A stretch of 64,000 nt of DNA. Origin: an uncultured Planctomycetaceae bacterium. Lineage in GTDB: Bacteria > Planctomycetota > Planctomycetia > Planctomycetales > Planctomycetaceae. The notes below the pieces were generated by a model. It ran no database searches. It saw only the letters and a program-made list of their open reading frames with translations, and had not been told where the DNA came from. Shown one piece after another: positions 62,675 through 64,000 of the stretch. Position numbers and translations under genes: made by a program. Where the stretch lies: the NCBI GenBank assembly GCA_963976765.1, contig CAXBME010000018.1:62001-126000 (forward strand), written 5' to 3'. The first letter of the stretch is position 1; every line of letters starts with the position of its first letter.

Positions 62675-64000
62675 CTAAGCGTTATCAGATTCTGAGGAAG
62701 TATCCTCGGCTGGAACTGCAGCATCGTTCAGCCAGGCAGCAAAGCCCGGAAACTCCCGGCTCAAACGTTGCAGTTCTTCAGTCTCCAGGTGCTGAAGCCT
62801 TTCAGGCCACGTCCCAGACCGAGCGTATCCAGCGGCGACTTTCAGCGGCACGTTAAACTCTTCACGGAGTATGCGAACCTTTCGAGCGACCGCGATCCAC
62901 TCTTCGAGACGCTTGAACTGGCCGCCCCGTTGTTCGATCACTCCCTGCCGGTCACCTGCCAGATCTGCCAGTTCATGAATCGAATTAACGCCCTCGGCGA
63001 CGAGCACCTCGGCGCTCTTCGCGCCCAGTCCAGGCAACATGCTGAGTTCCCTGACTTCCTTCCGACTGACGGCGGCCCTGGATCCAGCAGTAGCTTTTTC
63101 GACAGTTTCTGAGACGGTGTCAGAGGCTTGAGGTTGTTCCGTCACCGTTTCTGTCAACGTCTCAGCGACCGTAGTCTCTGCCGGACCCCTGAATACTGAG
63201 GCAACGTTCGAGGCAGGATTCGCTCTTGCCCCATCCGACTCCGAAGCGCGTCCGCCTCGCAACTGTTCGACCGCCTGCTGGAGATGTTGCAGTTGATTCT
63301 TAAACTCTGCAACGAAACCGGGATCGTTCAAGCGAACGCTTCGCAGTAGATCAAATTCGCGGACCACCAACTGAAGTTGAGACTCGATGCGCGTCAGTGG
63401 GCCAGACATCCCATTTGTCACATCTTTCACGTCGTCAGCGATCGATGCCGTTTCATCCTGGATCGAACGAACCATGTCATCGCTCATTGATGCGAGTCGT
63501 GCCAGTTCCCTGCTGAGCTGTTCGGTTCGACCGGTATGTTCGACCTGACGCCGTTCTGAATCGTGCAGCCCTGATTCGAACTCGTGCCTCACCTGGTCAA
63601 TCTGATCCCGCACTGACTGCACGGTAATCTGCACGGTCGTCAGCTGCTGTCTCATCTCTTGAGTGATCGCGGTTGAAAGCTGACTGCCGACAGCTTCCAG
63701 ACGCATCGGCAGTTGCTCGACCTGCTGACCGATACGGCTGATGGATTCGCGAGTTCCCTCAGTCCTGGCCTGTGTCAGATCGGCCTGACGTTCCAGGTCG
63801 CCACGAGCTTCTCGAACCAGTTGGCCAAGCGGCATCAGTTGACTGTCCGATTTTTCAGCAATGCGCCGAATCGTTTCCTCAGCACAGTCATGGATATTTT
63901 TCTGCAATCCTTCCCTCGCGATTCCGACATCTTCACGGCACGCTTCAATCGTGCTCCGCGTCGCTTCAAATCGCTCTGCAGAAACGCGAGCGGCTTCCTG
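62675..64000 (-). CDS. Coiled-coil protein with C-terminal helix-hairpin-helix-like domain (partial, starts beyond right edge)
   Basis: Frame is open from 64000 (QEAARVSAERFEATR...); long heptad-rich region; LSMLPGLGAKSAEVLVAEGVNSIHELA HhH-like motif. Confidence 0.7.
   Translation of the reverse strand, partial: QEAARVSAERFEATRSTIEACREDVGIAREGLQKNIHDCAEETIRRIAEKSDSQLMPLGQLVREARGDLERQADLTQARTEGTRESISRIGQQVEQLPMRLEAVGSQLSTAITQEMRQQLTTVQITVQSVRDQIDQVRHEFESGLHDSERRQVEHTGRTEQLSRELARLASMSDDMVRSIQDETASIADDVKDVTNGMSGPLTRIESQLQLVVREFDLLRSVRLNDPGFVAEFKNQLQHLQQAVEQLRGGRASESDGARANPASNVASVFRGPAETTVAETLTETVTEQPQASDTVSETVEKATAGSRAAVSRKEVRELSMLPGLGAKSAEVLVAEGVNSIHELADLAGDRQGVIEQRGGQFKRLEEWIAVARKVRILREEFNVPLKVAAGYARSGTWPERLQHLETEELQRLSREFPGFAAWLNDAAVPAEDTSSESDNA

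Overview
Gene-dense, GC-rich bacterial DNA with a gene set typical of Planctomycetota (inferred from DUF1501, DUF1549/1553, DUF1552/1592, PVC-type heme proteins, several sulfatases and Planctomycete-style intergenic repeats). The left end is a sulfotransferase/deacetylase/GT2/ABC-exporter locus. The rest is mostly housekeeping and catabolic genes (ruvB, sthA, kptA, maf, UbiD-family, PhoH-family, maltokinase-like, sulfatases, sialidase). Three signals stand out. (1) An EcoRII/Dcm-like restriction-modification operon whose methyltransferase carries an apparent ribbon-helix-helix N-terminus and whose predicted promoter overlaps a perfect 44-bp palindrome. (2) A NYN-domain RNase gene bracketed by a perfect 13-bp inverted repeat with integron core sites (GTTAGGC...GCCTAAC) and attC-like arms, i.e. 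a probable integrase-less gene cassette inserted between phoH and ruvB. (3) An unannotated 138-nt rod-like RNA with 6S-like architecture followed by an intrinsic terminator. No tRNA, rRNA, CRISPR array, integrase or transposase was recognised. All product calls come from motif recognition by eye, not database searches.
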